A stretch of DNA of 64,000 nt from Oopsacas minuta (lineage: Eukaryota > Animalia > Porifera), in contig JAKMXF010000122.1 of assembly GCA_024704765.1 (NCBI GenBank), positions 519,068 through 583,067 of the forward strand, in the 5' to 3' direction. Position numbers and translations under genes: made by a program. Positions 53,151 to 64,000 of the stretch are shown piece after piece; within the stretch, counting starts at the first letter, position 1, and every line of letters starts with the position of its first letter. The notes under the pieces are model-generated. The model was not told where the DNA came from. It did not search any database and saw only the letters and a list, made by a program, of their open reading frames with translations.

Positions 53151-55526
53151 CAGTGGTTCCCAATCGGTGGTCCGCGGCCCCACTTGGGGCCACAGGACTA
53201 TTTACATGAGGCCATCAGATCTCATTATAAATGAATAGTTTCCTCTTTGTATATACTACAATTTGTACCCAAAAATTATCATTGTTTGTATATATATTTA
53301 ATTGTTTATTAGGATTTGATTAAAAGCTCCTCACTATTAAAAGTACATTATCCTCCTCTCCGGAATTCTGTCAATTTGTAAACAATTGATTCTTGTCACT
53401 TATTTTTGTGTCGTTCATTATACGAAGCTTTACCTATTCGTGTTGATAAATAATTTCTTATGTGGTATCCAATCCTAGCAAAGCAAAGCGCGCTCGTACC
53501 GATATTATGCATTAACATTGATCGCATATAAAAGCGTTCTTTTAGTTTCATAACTCATTACAAAGTAAATGGCAACATCCAACACTGCTTCAAGAAAAAG
53601 GAAATACCATGAATCATATATTGAACATGGTTTCACTTCAATTATTACCTCTAAAGGAGAAGAAAAACCTCAATGCGTTCTGTGCGGGGATATTTTTTCA
53701 ATAGAAGCTATGAAGCCGAGTAAAATGAAACGACATCTCACATCTTGCCATCCTGAACATGCTAATAAAGATGGAGAATTTTTTAAATACAAAGCACAAG
53801 CGATGAAAAGAATGCGTTTGGATGCAGACGGGCAATTTCAATCTCAGACAAAGGCTGCAATCGAGGTTTCATATGAAATATCCCTCAAGATTGCCCAAAT
53901 GAAAAAGCCACATACAATCGGAGAGGAATTAATTATTCCTTGTGCTTATGATATTGTTCGACTCTTAATTGGAGAAGATCATGTAAAGAAATTAAGCTCC
54001 TTACCATTGTCGAATAATACAGTTCAGAGACGAATTTCAGACATGTCAAATGACATATGCAAGCAAGTCATAGCAGAAATTAAAAATACTCCTTTTGGCT
54101 TATTCAGCTTACAATTGGATGAGAGTACTGATGTGGAAGATTGTGCTCAACTCATGGCCTTTACTCGTTATGTAAGAGATGGTCATTTAAAAGAAGAATT
54201 TCTCTTTTGCAAATCACTTGAAACAACCACAAAAGCTATAGATGTCTTTGAAAAGGTTCAAGTCTTTTTTGAAATGTATGGAATTCAATGGGGAAATTTA
54301 TGCGGCGTATGCACAGATGGCGCACCTTCAATGCTTGGTTCTAGATCCGGTTTTCAAACATTAGTTAAGGATAAGTCCCCTACTGTTACTGGAACACATT
54401 GTATGATTCATAGGCAAATGTTGGCTGCAAAGACACTACCTGATATACTACAAGGCATCCTCGAGAATGTAATCAAGGCAGTAAATTGGATTAAAAGGAG
54501 AGCACTAAATAACCGGCTATTTCGACAACTTTGTCAAGAAATGGGAGCAGATCACGAAGTATTGCTATATCATACTGAGGTTCGATGGCTATCAAAGGGG
54601 AAAGTGTTGAAACGTGTACTTGACCTGAGAGCAGAAATGTGTGAGTTTTTCAGTAAGATGGGTCAAAATGAGTTCCAAAGTATATTCAAGAACCAGAATC
54701 TATTTGGACTGGCTTATTTAGTTGATATCTTCAATTGTTTTAACCAACTCAATCTCAATCTTCAAGGTCGTGATGCTTCAGTTTTAGAGTTGGTTGAGAA
54801 GTTCAAAGCTTTCATAATGAAAATGCAACTTTGGTCTTGTAAATTGAAAGATAACAAATATTTCATGTTTCCCACTCTCTCCGAAATGATCGAAACTTCC
54901 GGGTTTGAATTGAATATCGAATTCATAAATGCAATGATCAAACATTTAGCAATTTTGTGCGAAGAATTTTCTCGCTATTTCCCACAACTATCAACTGAAT
55001 CATTTACACTCGTTAGGGATCCATTTGGAATGAATGTTGAAGATGTACCTGAGATATTTCAAGAGGAATTTATTGAGATGTTAAACGATAGTTTAGCAAA
55101 GAACAGATATCAAACAATACCCTTAAACGAATTTTGGCTGTCACTAATTGAGATGTATCCCCTTATTTCAGAATCTGCATTACGCACTCTGATCCCATTC
55201 CGGACAACATATTTATGTGAAAATGCTTTTTCTACCTTGATGACTATTAAAACAAAGAAACGCAATCGTTTACAAGTAGAAGATGATTTGAGATGTGCTA
55301 TTTCTACTACAAAACCAAAAATTAAAGAGCTTGTCCTGAAAAAGCACAAGCAAACCTGATATTTCAAATTTCCATAATGGTAGAGTATTTTCATATATTA
55401 TAAATTACATGCCAAAATAATGAGTTGATAATTTACAATTGTGTAATTTATGTTCAATGTGTGGGGCCACCTACCTAGCTCCATGGCTGAATGGGGTCTT
55501 GGGGTGGCAAGGGTTGGGAACCACTG
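53151..55526 (+). mobile_element. Full-length hAT transposon, Buster/Charlie clade
   Basis: TIRs cagtggttcccaa / ttgggaaccactg. Identical 8-bp TSD ATATAAAC on both sides, with the central TA expected for Buster elements. Contains one uninterrupted transposase ORF. Confidence 0.95.
53569..55359 (+). CDS. hAT (Buster-type) transposase, 596 aa, ORF uninterrupted
   Basis: BED-type CxxC...H...H (PQCVLC...RHLTSCH), LQLDESTD, VCTDGAPSM, THCMIH, EVRWLSKG, and C-terminal dimerisation region TTYLCENAFS. Confidence 0.92.
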   Translation: MATSNTASRKRKYHESYIEHGFTSIITSKGEEKPQCVLCGDIFSIEAMKPSKMKRHLTSCHPEHANKDGEFFKYKAQAMKRMRLDADGQFQSQTKAAIEVSYEISLKIAQMKKPHTIGEELIIPCAYDIVRLLIGEDHVKKLSSLPLSNNTVQRRISDMSNDICKQVIAEIKNTPFGLFSLQLDESTDVEDCAQLMAFTRYVRDGHLKEEFLFCKSLETTTKAIDVFEKVQVFFEMYGIQWGNLCGVCTDGAPSMLGSRSGFQTLVKDKSPTVTGTHCMIHRQMLAAKTLPDILQGILENVIKAVNWIKRRALNNRLFRQLCQEMGADHEVLLYHTEVRWLSKGKVLKRVLDLRAEMCEFFSKMGQNEFQSIFKNQNLFGLAYLVDIFNCFNQLNLNLQGRDASVLELVEKFKAFIMKMQLWSCKLKDNKYFMFPTLSEMIETSGFELNIEFINAMIKHLAILCEEFSRYFPQLSTESFTLVRDPFGMNVEDVPEIFQEEFIEMLNDSLAKNRYQTIPLNEFWLSLIEMYPLISESALRTLIPFRTTYLCENAFSTLMTIKTKKRNRLQVEDDLRCAISTTKPKIKELVLKKHKQT

Positions 55527-55797
55527 ATATAAACGATGAAGTTATAAACTACAATTAGACTCTAGAGGGTGCGAATAAACGGTAAAGCATATTGTATCTC
55601 GATTACTGACTCGAAATGTTGTATCGAGCCAATAATAATTTACCAAGGGTCCGGAGATAATTGACCCATAGTGGGTCGGGGTGGCCAACTATATTCACGG
55701 CTAGCTAAGCAAGGAATTTCCAAAAGAATTTCGTGGCAATTGATTATATTCTATTTGAACATGAAAGATTGCCGTTATTATCACAAATTCTACTGTA

Positions 55798-57583
55798 TAG
55801 TGAAACCCCTGGAATCGGGGAACCTCTGAAATCGGGGCACTTGAATTTCGCGAAAATATTTTCCTATACAAATGAACCTCTGGAATCGGGGAAATAGCGA
55901 CAATCGGGGAATCGGGGCAAACCCTGAAAATCTAATTCTTTCAACTTGCATAGAACTAATGCTAAAATCCCCTACGCAATCGGGGCATCAATACTGAAAT
56001 CAACTCAATAAATTTTTAATTTCGCAATAACTATCGAATAAAACACAATATACCAGGTTGTCCAAAAAGTTCGCGGAATTGCAAATATATTTTATTTATC
56101 AATGATCATACTCAACTAATTATTGTTCATAGTTTTCAATAGATTCACCTTTAACCTCGATACATTTCTTCCATTTTGATGGGAGTTTATTTATTCCTGT
56201 GGTGAAGAATTTTCAGGGGTACCTTGAGTCCATGAATTTACAGCGGACCTAAGGTGCTCAAAATCGCTGAAACGTTTACCTCTAAGTGGTCTTTTCATTT
56301 CTGAAAAAAGGCAGTAGTCGCTGGGCGCTAGATCTGGGCTGTATGGGGGATGTGGGAGTAATTCGAAACCCTAAATGTTGAATTTCATCCAAAGTTCGCC
56401 TGCTGGTATGGGCTGGAGCATTATCATGCTGAAGCAAAACATGAGAACTCAACTTGCCACGCCTCTTAGACTTGATAGCTTCGCGCAATTTCTTCAGAAC
56501 TTGAACATAGTATTCAGTATTTATTGTTACTTTGTTAGGTAACCAATCAATCATGATTATTCCCTTTGTGCCCAAAAAACTGTTGCCATCCGTTTACCTG
56601 CTGATGCGACGGCTCTGGGTCTAATAGGAGTTGCTTCATGCCTACGCTTCCATTGACTCGTCTGTAAACTTGTCTTAGGCTCATAAAAATGTAACCAAGT
56701 CTCGTCCCCTGTGACTAAACGATCAAAGAACCTTGGCTCTTTCTTAGAAATCCGTAAGAGCTGGCGACAAACACGAACCCTTTCAATCCTTTGAGATTCA
56801 GATAACAATTTGGGAACCCAACGAGAAAGAACTCTCGACATTCCCAATTGTTCAGTTAGAATCTTATCAAGTATTGATTTTGACATCCCCAATTCTTCCT
56901 CTAACTGCCGCAGAGTCACACGTCTATCTCTATCAAGAATGTTTGATATAATTTTGATATTTTCTTGGTTTCAACAGTTGAATGCACATCATTAAATCTG
57001 TCAATCCATTTGTAAACCATCGATTTACCAGGGCATTTACTACCATAAACCTTTTCCATCTCGTAGAGAATCTCGCTTCCACTTTTATTTTGTTTCCAGA
57101 GAAACCAAATGATATATCGTTTCCCATCTTCTGAGTTTTCCATTTTAGAAAAAATACGACAATCGTAAATGATGCTAAAAGAATACCTAAACCAAACTTT
57201 TTGATTACAAAAGTGAGGATAATTGAGATAAGGGATATTAGAACTAATCGAAACAATAGGTTAATTGATAGAGTGTATATGACACAAACTAAGGATAAAA
57301 TTCCGCGAACTTTTTGGACAACCTAGTAAATGCTACGTAAGTGAACAAGAAACCAATTCAATCCGCCTCTGAGGGTAAATATGTAGCAGAATGAAATATT
57401 TTAACGTTACAGTGTGACTAGCAATACGAAACAATAGTGCGACATAATATGAACTACATAAATACGGAAAATGGTGATTTTGACACAATTCCACACCAAA
57501 ATCCAGAATCGGGGAATTTCCACAATCGGAGCGTAAGAAATTTTCCCAGTATCCCACATGCCCTGATTCCAGAGGTTTCACTG
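55798..57583. mobile_element. Tc1/pogo-type MITE (~510 bp without its mariner insert)
   Basis: TIRs (t/c)agtgaaacc(c/t)ctggaatc, TA duplication, internal aatcgggg repeats. Confidence 0.8.
56053..57326 (-). mobile_element. mariner copy 2, near-identical to 40027-41333, inverted, with a short internal deletion
   Basis: Same TIRs and TA flanks. The two 120-aa ORFs are identical except near the C-terminus. About 35 bp are missing near 56975-56985. Confidence 0.93.
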
Positions 57584-58338
57584 TACATAGGTTTCCACAT
57601 ACAGTGGAGACATCTAGAATACTTTTGAACCTGCTTTCCAAGTTATTTTAACCCAATGACGCAATCAAAGTTCATCTTCAATAATGGTAAATATTTTACT
57701 AATAAATACCAATATTATCGAAAAACCCACAAATCCCATGCAATTAATCATGATTGGTATTAACTTAGCACAAAAACACAATAGAAAGATTGTATTAAAT
57801 AATCTTATAACATTGTAGTTAAAATAACTTGGAAAGCAGGTTCAAAAGTATTCTAGATGTCTCCACCGTATGTGGAATCCTATATACGGTTGAATTTGTA
57901 ATGATATCTACAGTTCTTCATAATCAAAGAGGATATAATCAATGCCTTGAAATTACTTTGGCAATTCTTTGCTTAGCTAGACGTGTATATAGTAGGCCAT
58001 GGTCTGACCCTTTATGATGTATTCTAAATAATTCTGTACTTCGGACCTCAACACTCCATAGTTTTCTACATACACCTGGCGTTTATTAAAATTCCAGTTG
58101 GAGATGCTATTTGATCTCGATCCGAGAAGTTTCGGGACCCTTGTGTTAAACAATCTCTGTTTTAGAGATAGATTTATAACTAAATACCAAGAACAGTGAT
58201 GTTCGGATTAGCGAGGATATACATTATTTGAATCAACCCTAGTTAAAATAAACCCGAATATATGTTCGCTCGCATGTAAATGATTTGCAAATAAGAAAAT
58301 TCCAAATTTGGGACAAAAATAGTAATTTGAAAACATAC

Positions 58339-58595
58339 CAACTGACAAACTTGGTTGGATGGAGATCCTCCATCTGTGGCACAAATTCTAGGTGAATAAC
58401 TAGATAATACTTCTCTATCTAGTGCCATCTTTGTCGTTAGTATGCCAGTAGTAGCATCCATAGCAAATTGAGTGTCAGGGATAACAGAATAAGTTATCAT
58501 TGCATTTAAACCAGAGTCAAGGTCTGTTGCAGAAACTAACATGATGAATGCATCTACTATTTCTTCATCAACAATGGAATCAACAGGAGGACGAT
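58339..58595 (-). CDS. Cadherin-repeat gene, most 5' exon in window (exon A, 257 nt, phase 1 to 0)
   Basis: Translates (D)RPPVDSIVDEEIVDAFIMLVSATDLDSGLNAMITYSV...LDREVLSSY...ATDGGSPSNQVCQL, with cadherin AxDxD and LDRE motifs. Acceptor tttag|at, donor ttg|gtatgt. Joins exon B in frame. Confidence 0.9.
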
Positions 58596-58711
58596 CTAAA
58601 TGAGAATCAAACTAGATAAATACTTAGATACACGGTTTAGTAATTATACAATAATGAGAGAGCCTCCTGGCACCATCTGGTAAAATAACAATGAAGGTGT
58701 AAAATTATATA

Positions 58712-60056
58712 CAGGGTGTAACAAAAGTACTGTCGTTTTTTATAATGAATCCAACTTAAGCTAAAATACAACAATTAGTACATTGTTACTTCTCAATATA
58801 GTCTCCTTGTCTTTCTAATACGAGTGCTACTCGCCTGGGCATGCTGGAGACTATATTTTGCAAAACATCTCCTGAAATACCACTCCATGCCTTTTCCAAA
58901 TTTTTGACGAGGTTATTCACAGTGCTAGCTTGCTCAAACTCTTCCACTTTGTCTTTCAGTACTGACCATAAGTTTTCAATGGGATTAAGGTCAGGTGAGT
59001 TCCCAGGCCACTCCGCTTTCTGCCAAAACGCTGGAAGATTCTGTTTGCACCATTCTTGCGTTAGCTTAGCCGATGAGCGGGAGCCCCGTCTTGCATAAAA
59101 ATTATCTCGGACATCTTTGAAGTCATGGCCCGCTGTAAAACCGATCCATTTTTTGTTCTTCTATTGATCGCATCTTTGCAAGATCCAGCCAAAATCTTCG
59201 TACGATAGTACTCTCCATTAATAGTTTGCCCCTGAGGTATAACATGCAGCTCAGATAGGGCTTGGTGAGACATCATGCCCCAAACATGAACTTTCGCCGG
59301 AAATTTTATCTTTGTGCAGGGTTCGATTGAACCTGAATCCTTGCTCCAAACTCGGTCATTCTGTCTGTTTGGGGTTGGAAATAATTCGAATGGAGATTCA
59401 TCCGACTACAGAACTCTATTCCAATCTTCTACAGTCCAATCCTTCTGTTTCTGCGCAAATTCGATCCGGTTTTCCTTCATTTTCAAGGTCAATCGAGGCC
59501 TTCTCGGCCTTTTAAATGGCGTAGCACCTAGAGACTTTCTCAAATATCGAAGTACAGAGGTGTGAGAGACATCATAACCACTCCTCGTTAATCTCAGAGC
59601 TAGCTTTCGTATAGATTGCCTTCTCTTCCCCAAAGACTTAGCGATGACAATTTTCCAAACTCTATCAATTTTCGGCGGACGTCCAGACTTAGGCTTTGAT
59701 TCCATTGAAAATCCCAATCTATTGCTACGCCCCCATCTCTGAACTGATCGAATATTGATATTCAACACTTGAGCAACCTTTTTAGGCGTTTCTCCTGCTT
59801 TAAGCATCTCCAATGCCTGAGATCTTAAAGATAATCCGTAATCCTGGACATTCATATCACAACAATTAAGTAGAAATTTCCAAAATGACGAAAATAATTC
59901 CAAAATATATTCTTGTAAGATTTGACTTCACTCGAGTTTAACTAAGTAGTATAAAAACATAATTACTGAGAGAAATCAATAGCAAGGGTTGTATACGAAT
60001 GTGAAATTTGAATTTTATGTATATTAATATGACGACAATACTTTTGTTACACCCTG
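58712..60056 (-). mobile_element. Tc1-like element with a DD37E triad, frameshifted
   Basis: TIRs cagggtgtaacaaaagta(c/t)tgtcg, TA flanks. HTH N-terminus, (*)SDES, FMQDGAPAH...WPGNSPDLNPIEN. After restoring one base there are 37 residues between D and E. Confidence 0.88.
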
Positions 60057-60371
60057 TATATTGTATGAACTTTAGAATCACGGAAATTTAACATCTGAGG
60101 ACAGTATTCGCTCTAATTCAGGCGCAGTTGTAGGTCAAGCGACCAGGAGGGTAAACGGAGTTTTCAATCACTATTAAATGGTGCCACCCGAAGGAGTTAA
60201 GATTTTTGGGAGCTTTCAAAATTAGAGCTTACAGCTGCACTTTGTCAAGAATTTGAGGTACAATCTGAGGTACTAGTCGTTAAATATCTAGAAGTTATCA
60301 GCAGTAGTATGTAGCCATGTGACATATGTATATTTGTCTACTTCGGATGCTCTACTATGAATTAATCCAGG

Positions 60372-60765
60372 CATGGCCTACTATATACACGGTTAGCTAA
60401 GCAAAGAATTGCCAAAAAACTATCCAGGCCATTGATTATAATCTGTTTGATCATGAAAGATTGCAGTTATCATTACAAATTCAACTGGAAATAGGTTTCC
60501 ACATACGGCGGAACATCTAGAATACTTTTGAACCTGCTTTCCAAGATACTTTAACCACAATGACGCAATCAAAATTCATGCCCATATATGGTAATTAATT
60601 CATTTTTATCAATTTTTTCAGAAATTCTCAAACTTAACCTAATCCTTTTATCAAAATACCATCTACTTGGTAAATTTTAGTTTAAGTAACCTAAATATGA
60701 TCTTCATTTCTATAAACACTCGTTAAAAATAATCATTTTAGTGATATTCGCTGTAAAACAGCATT
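60372..60765. repeat. MITE-A left-part copy
   Basis: Begins catggcctactatatacacggttagc and truncates in the interior. Confidence 0.82.
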
Positions 60766-61699
60766 AACGAGTCAATACGAGAGTGAAGTTAGCCTAGTAT
60801 TCGACCATGTAAACTTCAATCTCTAATTTTACTCACCTGTACACCTCTGATCCACACGTAATTGGTATCATTCGATGAAGCATTATTGGACGTTTTAGCA
60901 ATATAAATAATTTTCAAAATTTTACTTTTTACTCACGTTTTTGTCATAGTGTGCATGTATTTAACTTCATTCGAATTTGATTCTGAAATTCACGGACATT
61001 TATGTAAATTAAATTTCATTCTAAAATTCCTACAACTCGTTGAGCTATAAGATTTCAAAGTTGAAATTGGAAGTGAGTGTTGAGGGGGGAATGGATTAGA
61101 TATATATAAAGTAGGGTCAGTTCAAACTGTTGTTTCTTAACCTTTACTATACTGAATCTAAAATATTTTTATACTAATCGATAGTTGAGATGTGAACGTT
61201 TCTAACGATATCAATATTATCGTGAAATACCAAAAAATTAGCACCAACAACAGTATTCTAAAAATCATTAAATTCACAGTTTTTGTGTAATACGAACTCC
61301 AACTTTGAAGTCAATTCTCGTAATTATTTACCACCAGAATCACCTCAAACTTTACAGATACCTTCTATCGTATTCTATAATTCAATTTCTTAAAGAAAAA
61401 CAGGGGGTAGCTAGTAGTTTTTATTACTTTTTAATCTTTTCAAAGTATCTATTTTCTCTCAATTTCTTCAGACTCTACAATACTGAAGCCGCTGCATAGA
61501 CTATCGTAATTATCTTGTAAGCTTATTTGCTTTTGTTACCCTTCTATTTTGTACTTCGCAAATTCTTTATACTTTTACGTAATCAATAATTTCTAATTCT
61601 AATGTAAGAACAACAAACAAGTACATATTCTCAAAAAATAAATATTCTTAAGATGTTTCATCAAATATGAATTCTCCTAAAATAATATTCTGAATTTTT

Positions 61700-64000
61700 A
61701 TAATCTGGTACAATTACTTTCGAACAATACATTTACAGTACTAAAATCTTATTCAAATAGTAATGACTGATGACAATCTGATAGGAGTTGTAACGAAATT
61801 CATTTGTGTTTATTGACAATGCACACAGAACATACAAAAAATCGATATGGAATTACACACATTATTTGTTATATCTTGAATGCACACAACATATTCAGCA
61901 TAGAATTACACATAACTTAGCTTATTTAACATAATAAGGACATCAATAGAAAGCTCTTCAATGACAGACAGTGTGATGACTGGTGATATCCTGGTAATGG
62001 TAACTTAACCCAATGGACACTTCTAAAATCTAAATCGCTTTTTGTCTTATGTCAATCTTCTGGCTTGTTTTTAAGTACATTTTTTGTTTCCCGAGGGGTA
62101 CGTCTAATCCAAGTCATAATGTTTATATTCCATTACACTTTCCGATAAAAGATCCGAAATATTTGTGTTCACTTGTCTACTATTAATGTTGCAGCCAATT
62201 GCCGAAATTAGTTGCGCAAATAAATTAGGCAATATACTGCAGATATCAGTTAATTATGACTACATTTATATTTAATTATTACGAAGTATTCATTACATAA
62301 AATTAGCTAAATCTATCCTTACATTTGGATGATAATGAACTCCGTTATGATCTATATATATGGATCCAAATGGGTTATTAGGTGGTGATTCTAGCGTATC
62401 GATCATCGATCAATTTTTTACCACTCCCAGAAAATACCATCCATTTATTCCCATATCAGAATTATGTAATCGCTAACATTCCTACAATTAATTACAGATC
62501 GTGGAAATATGTTGCAAAAAACTTATTACATTCTTCCTTCAAATTTCCAATCAAATATTCTTCAATTAAAGTATTTTATGGAAATTGGCAATACTCTCTG
62601 TGAGACAATATGAGAGAGAATGTTGAACATACTTATCTCGTGCTCGATATAAAATAGGTGAACTCGACAATTTTCAAATTTACATTCTGCTTTTGCTCGT
62701 AGGAAAGGGCTGTTTACCTTACGACTATCAGTTTTTTCAACCAATAAGATCTGAACTTTAATGCACACGCAATATTTATGTCATGGAATTTGTCTGCAAA
62801 AATCTTGGTCCAATTGCTCACTAAAGACGTTCTATCATTAGAATCGGTAATACAAATACTATGCCATTCAGAAAATTCAAAATGGAACTCCCACTCTCAG
62901 AACTTGTATTAGTTACAATGTTGATCTCAGAGCCGACTTCTATCAACTGATTCGGTATTTCCTCGGATTCTACACTACAAGTAATGCTGTAAGACTAGAG
63001 AATAGGAACAGGTTCTGTAACTTTACAGTATACTCGATTCGTTACATATTCAGCATATATGTATTTTCTAATATGGTGATGCCATGAGTGTCAAACTCAT
63101 TCCTCCGATCGAAAACACTTCTAATGAAGACACTTAAAATTTCTCCAACTAAAAACACATAATTCTTTCCGAACATATGAAAGACTAAACTATTTCAGGC
63201 TGTGTCAGAACTAACGACAAAACTAGCGGTGGACTACACCCAACAAAGCTTTTAGAATACGTATCTGAAATTATATTAATGAACTCAAGACACTCATCAA
63301 TATAACAGGCTTCAGTTAATTGCAACCACCCTGGAACACTTTGTGAACAATTTAACCCATAAAACCTCGCACCGTCTACCCACAACTGAGATTCAGTGGT
63401 ATTAAACAAGTAAAACAAATTAGGACTTTCGCTTAATTCACTATCAGTTACACAATCGGAATCTCTCTTCATTTAGCTTATATAAAGCTAAATCAGAAGC
63501 TGAAGAACCACACACAATAAGTGAATTGAAGATCCATTATATCGAATTCACCAAACGATGAAACTGAATCTGAAGGCTCAACTAAGCTTGTAGCTACATC
63601 CTTAACAATGGCAGAAGTTACTAGTGATGCTCTCCTAGTAATATCTATCTTATTAAGACTGAAACTCACTTGAATCTGTTCCTCTGAGGTAAGGGACTAA
63701 CTGAACAATCCAAAGGATTATTTTCTAGTCAAAGAATCTCTCACAATTCACTGAATATTAATATTGCACGAGTTGTTTTCCACTTTAGGTTTAGTATATG
63801 TTTTTCATCAAGTCTATTGTAAGAGTAGACCGCCTTACAAATGGATCCCCAAATAGAGCTAGAAATTTTGTAGCTAACGGATAACTTACTGATCATAGCA
63901 TCGAAAGAACGAAAAGTAGAGATCAGTACACTTATCATTATCCTTGATTCTCTTGGCAATTTTAAAGGAAAAGAATGGGTAAGGCTGGCTCCCGTAAAGG
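61700..64000 (-). pseudogene. Decayed coding-like region with local homology to the N-terminal part of the NOF-like MULE ORF
   Basis: RKVNSPFLRAKAECKFENC (about 62660-62730) matches RKLNSCFFRANAECKFE (about 46650-46715). NWTKIF matches DWTNLF. The rest could not be assigned. Confidence 0.45.

Larger units (their letters stand above)
55681..58001. mobile_element. MITE-A copy interrupted by a pogo-like MITE and a mariner
   Basis: MITE-A sequence stops at ...ctactgta (55797) and resumes at ta|cataggtttccacat (57584 onward). The right half is internally deleted. Confidence 0.85.

Noticed and set aside
53569-55359. Domesticated-gene labels (ZBED5/ZBED8/SCAND3 here; SETMAR for the mariners; KRBA2 at 31-32 kb)
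   Set aside because: TIRs, TSDs or decay show these are transposon copies, so no gene symbols were assigned.
887-58542. ORF-track cadherin ORFs as stand-alone genes, some with hydrophobic tails
   Set aside because: The tails are read-through into introns past clear GT donors, and the exons splice into one frame.
1-64000. Species assignment; rRNA and tRNA genes
   Set aside because: The repeat and cadherin content fits an invertebrate (possibly an early-branching animal such as a sponge), but this cannot be determined from the sequence alone. No RNA-gene signatures were seen.

Overview
AT-rich eukaryotic (animal-like) genomic DNA, not prokaryotic. One minus-strand cadherin-repeat gene (Fat/Dachsous-like by architecture) crosses the window. 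I reconstructed 8 consecutive GT-AG exons (58339-58595, 52851-53055, 35743-35958, 28491-28831, 16840-17088, 12396-12882, 4115-4288, 1025-1221; 2126 nt, about 708 codons). Their splice phases join with no frame break, and the gene continues beyond both window ends. The introns (3-17 kb) consist almost entirely of nested DNA transposons. These are an ORF-intact Buster-type hAT with a perfect 8-bp TSD, two Chapaev3-type elements, four mariner (DD34D) copies, a DD37E Tc1-like element, a NOF/Foldback-like MULE with ~345-bp TIRs and an OTU protease-like domain, a FLYWCH-MULE (Phantom-like) relic, a Transib/RAG1-core-like relic and KRBA2/Ginger2-like integrase relics. There are also about 11 copies or fragments of a CATGG-ended MITE and several smaller MITEs. 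The most unusual structure is a 1.9-kb near-perfect palindrome (26327-28205). It consists of two facing copies of the 5' end of a hATm-like transposon, bounded by an exact 8-bp TSD, and resembles the 'Mu killer' type of hairpin silencer. A second ~1.06-kb foldback lies at 7755-8815. No rRNA, tRNA or CRISPR array is supported. All family assignments come from motif recognition by eye; no database search was run.
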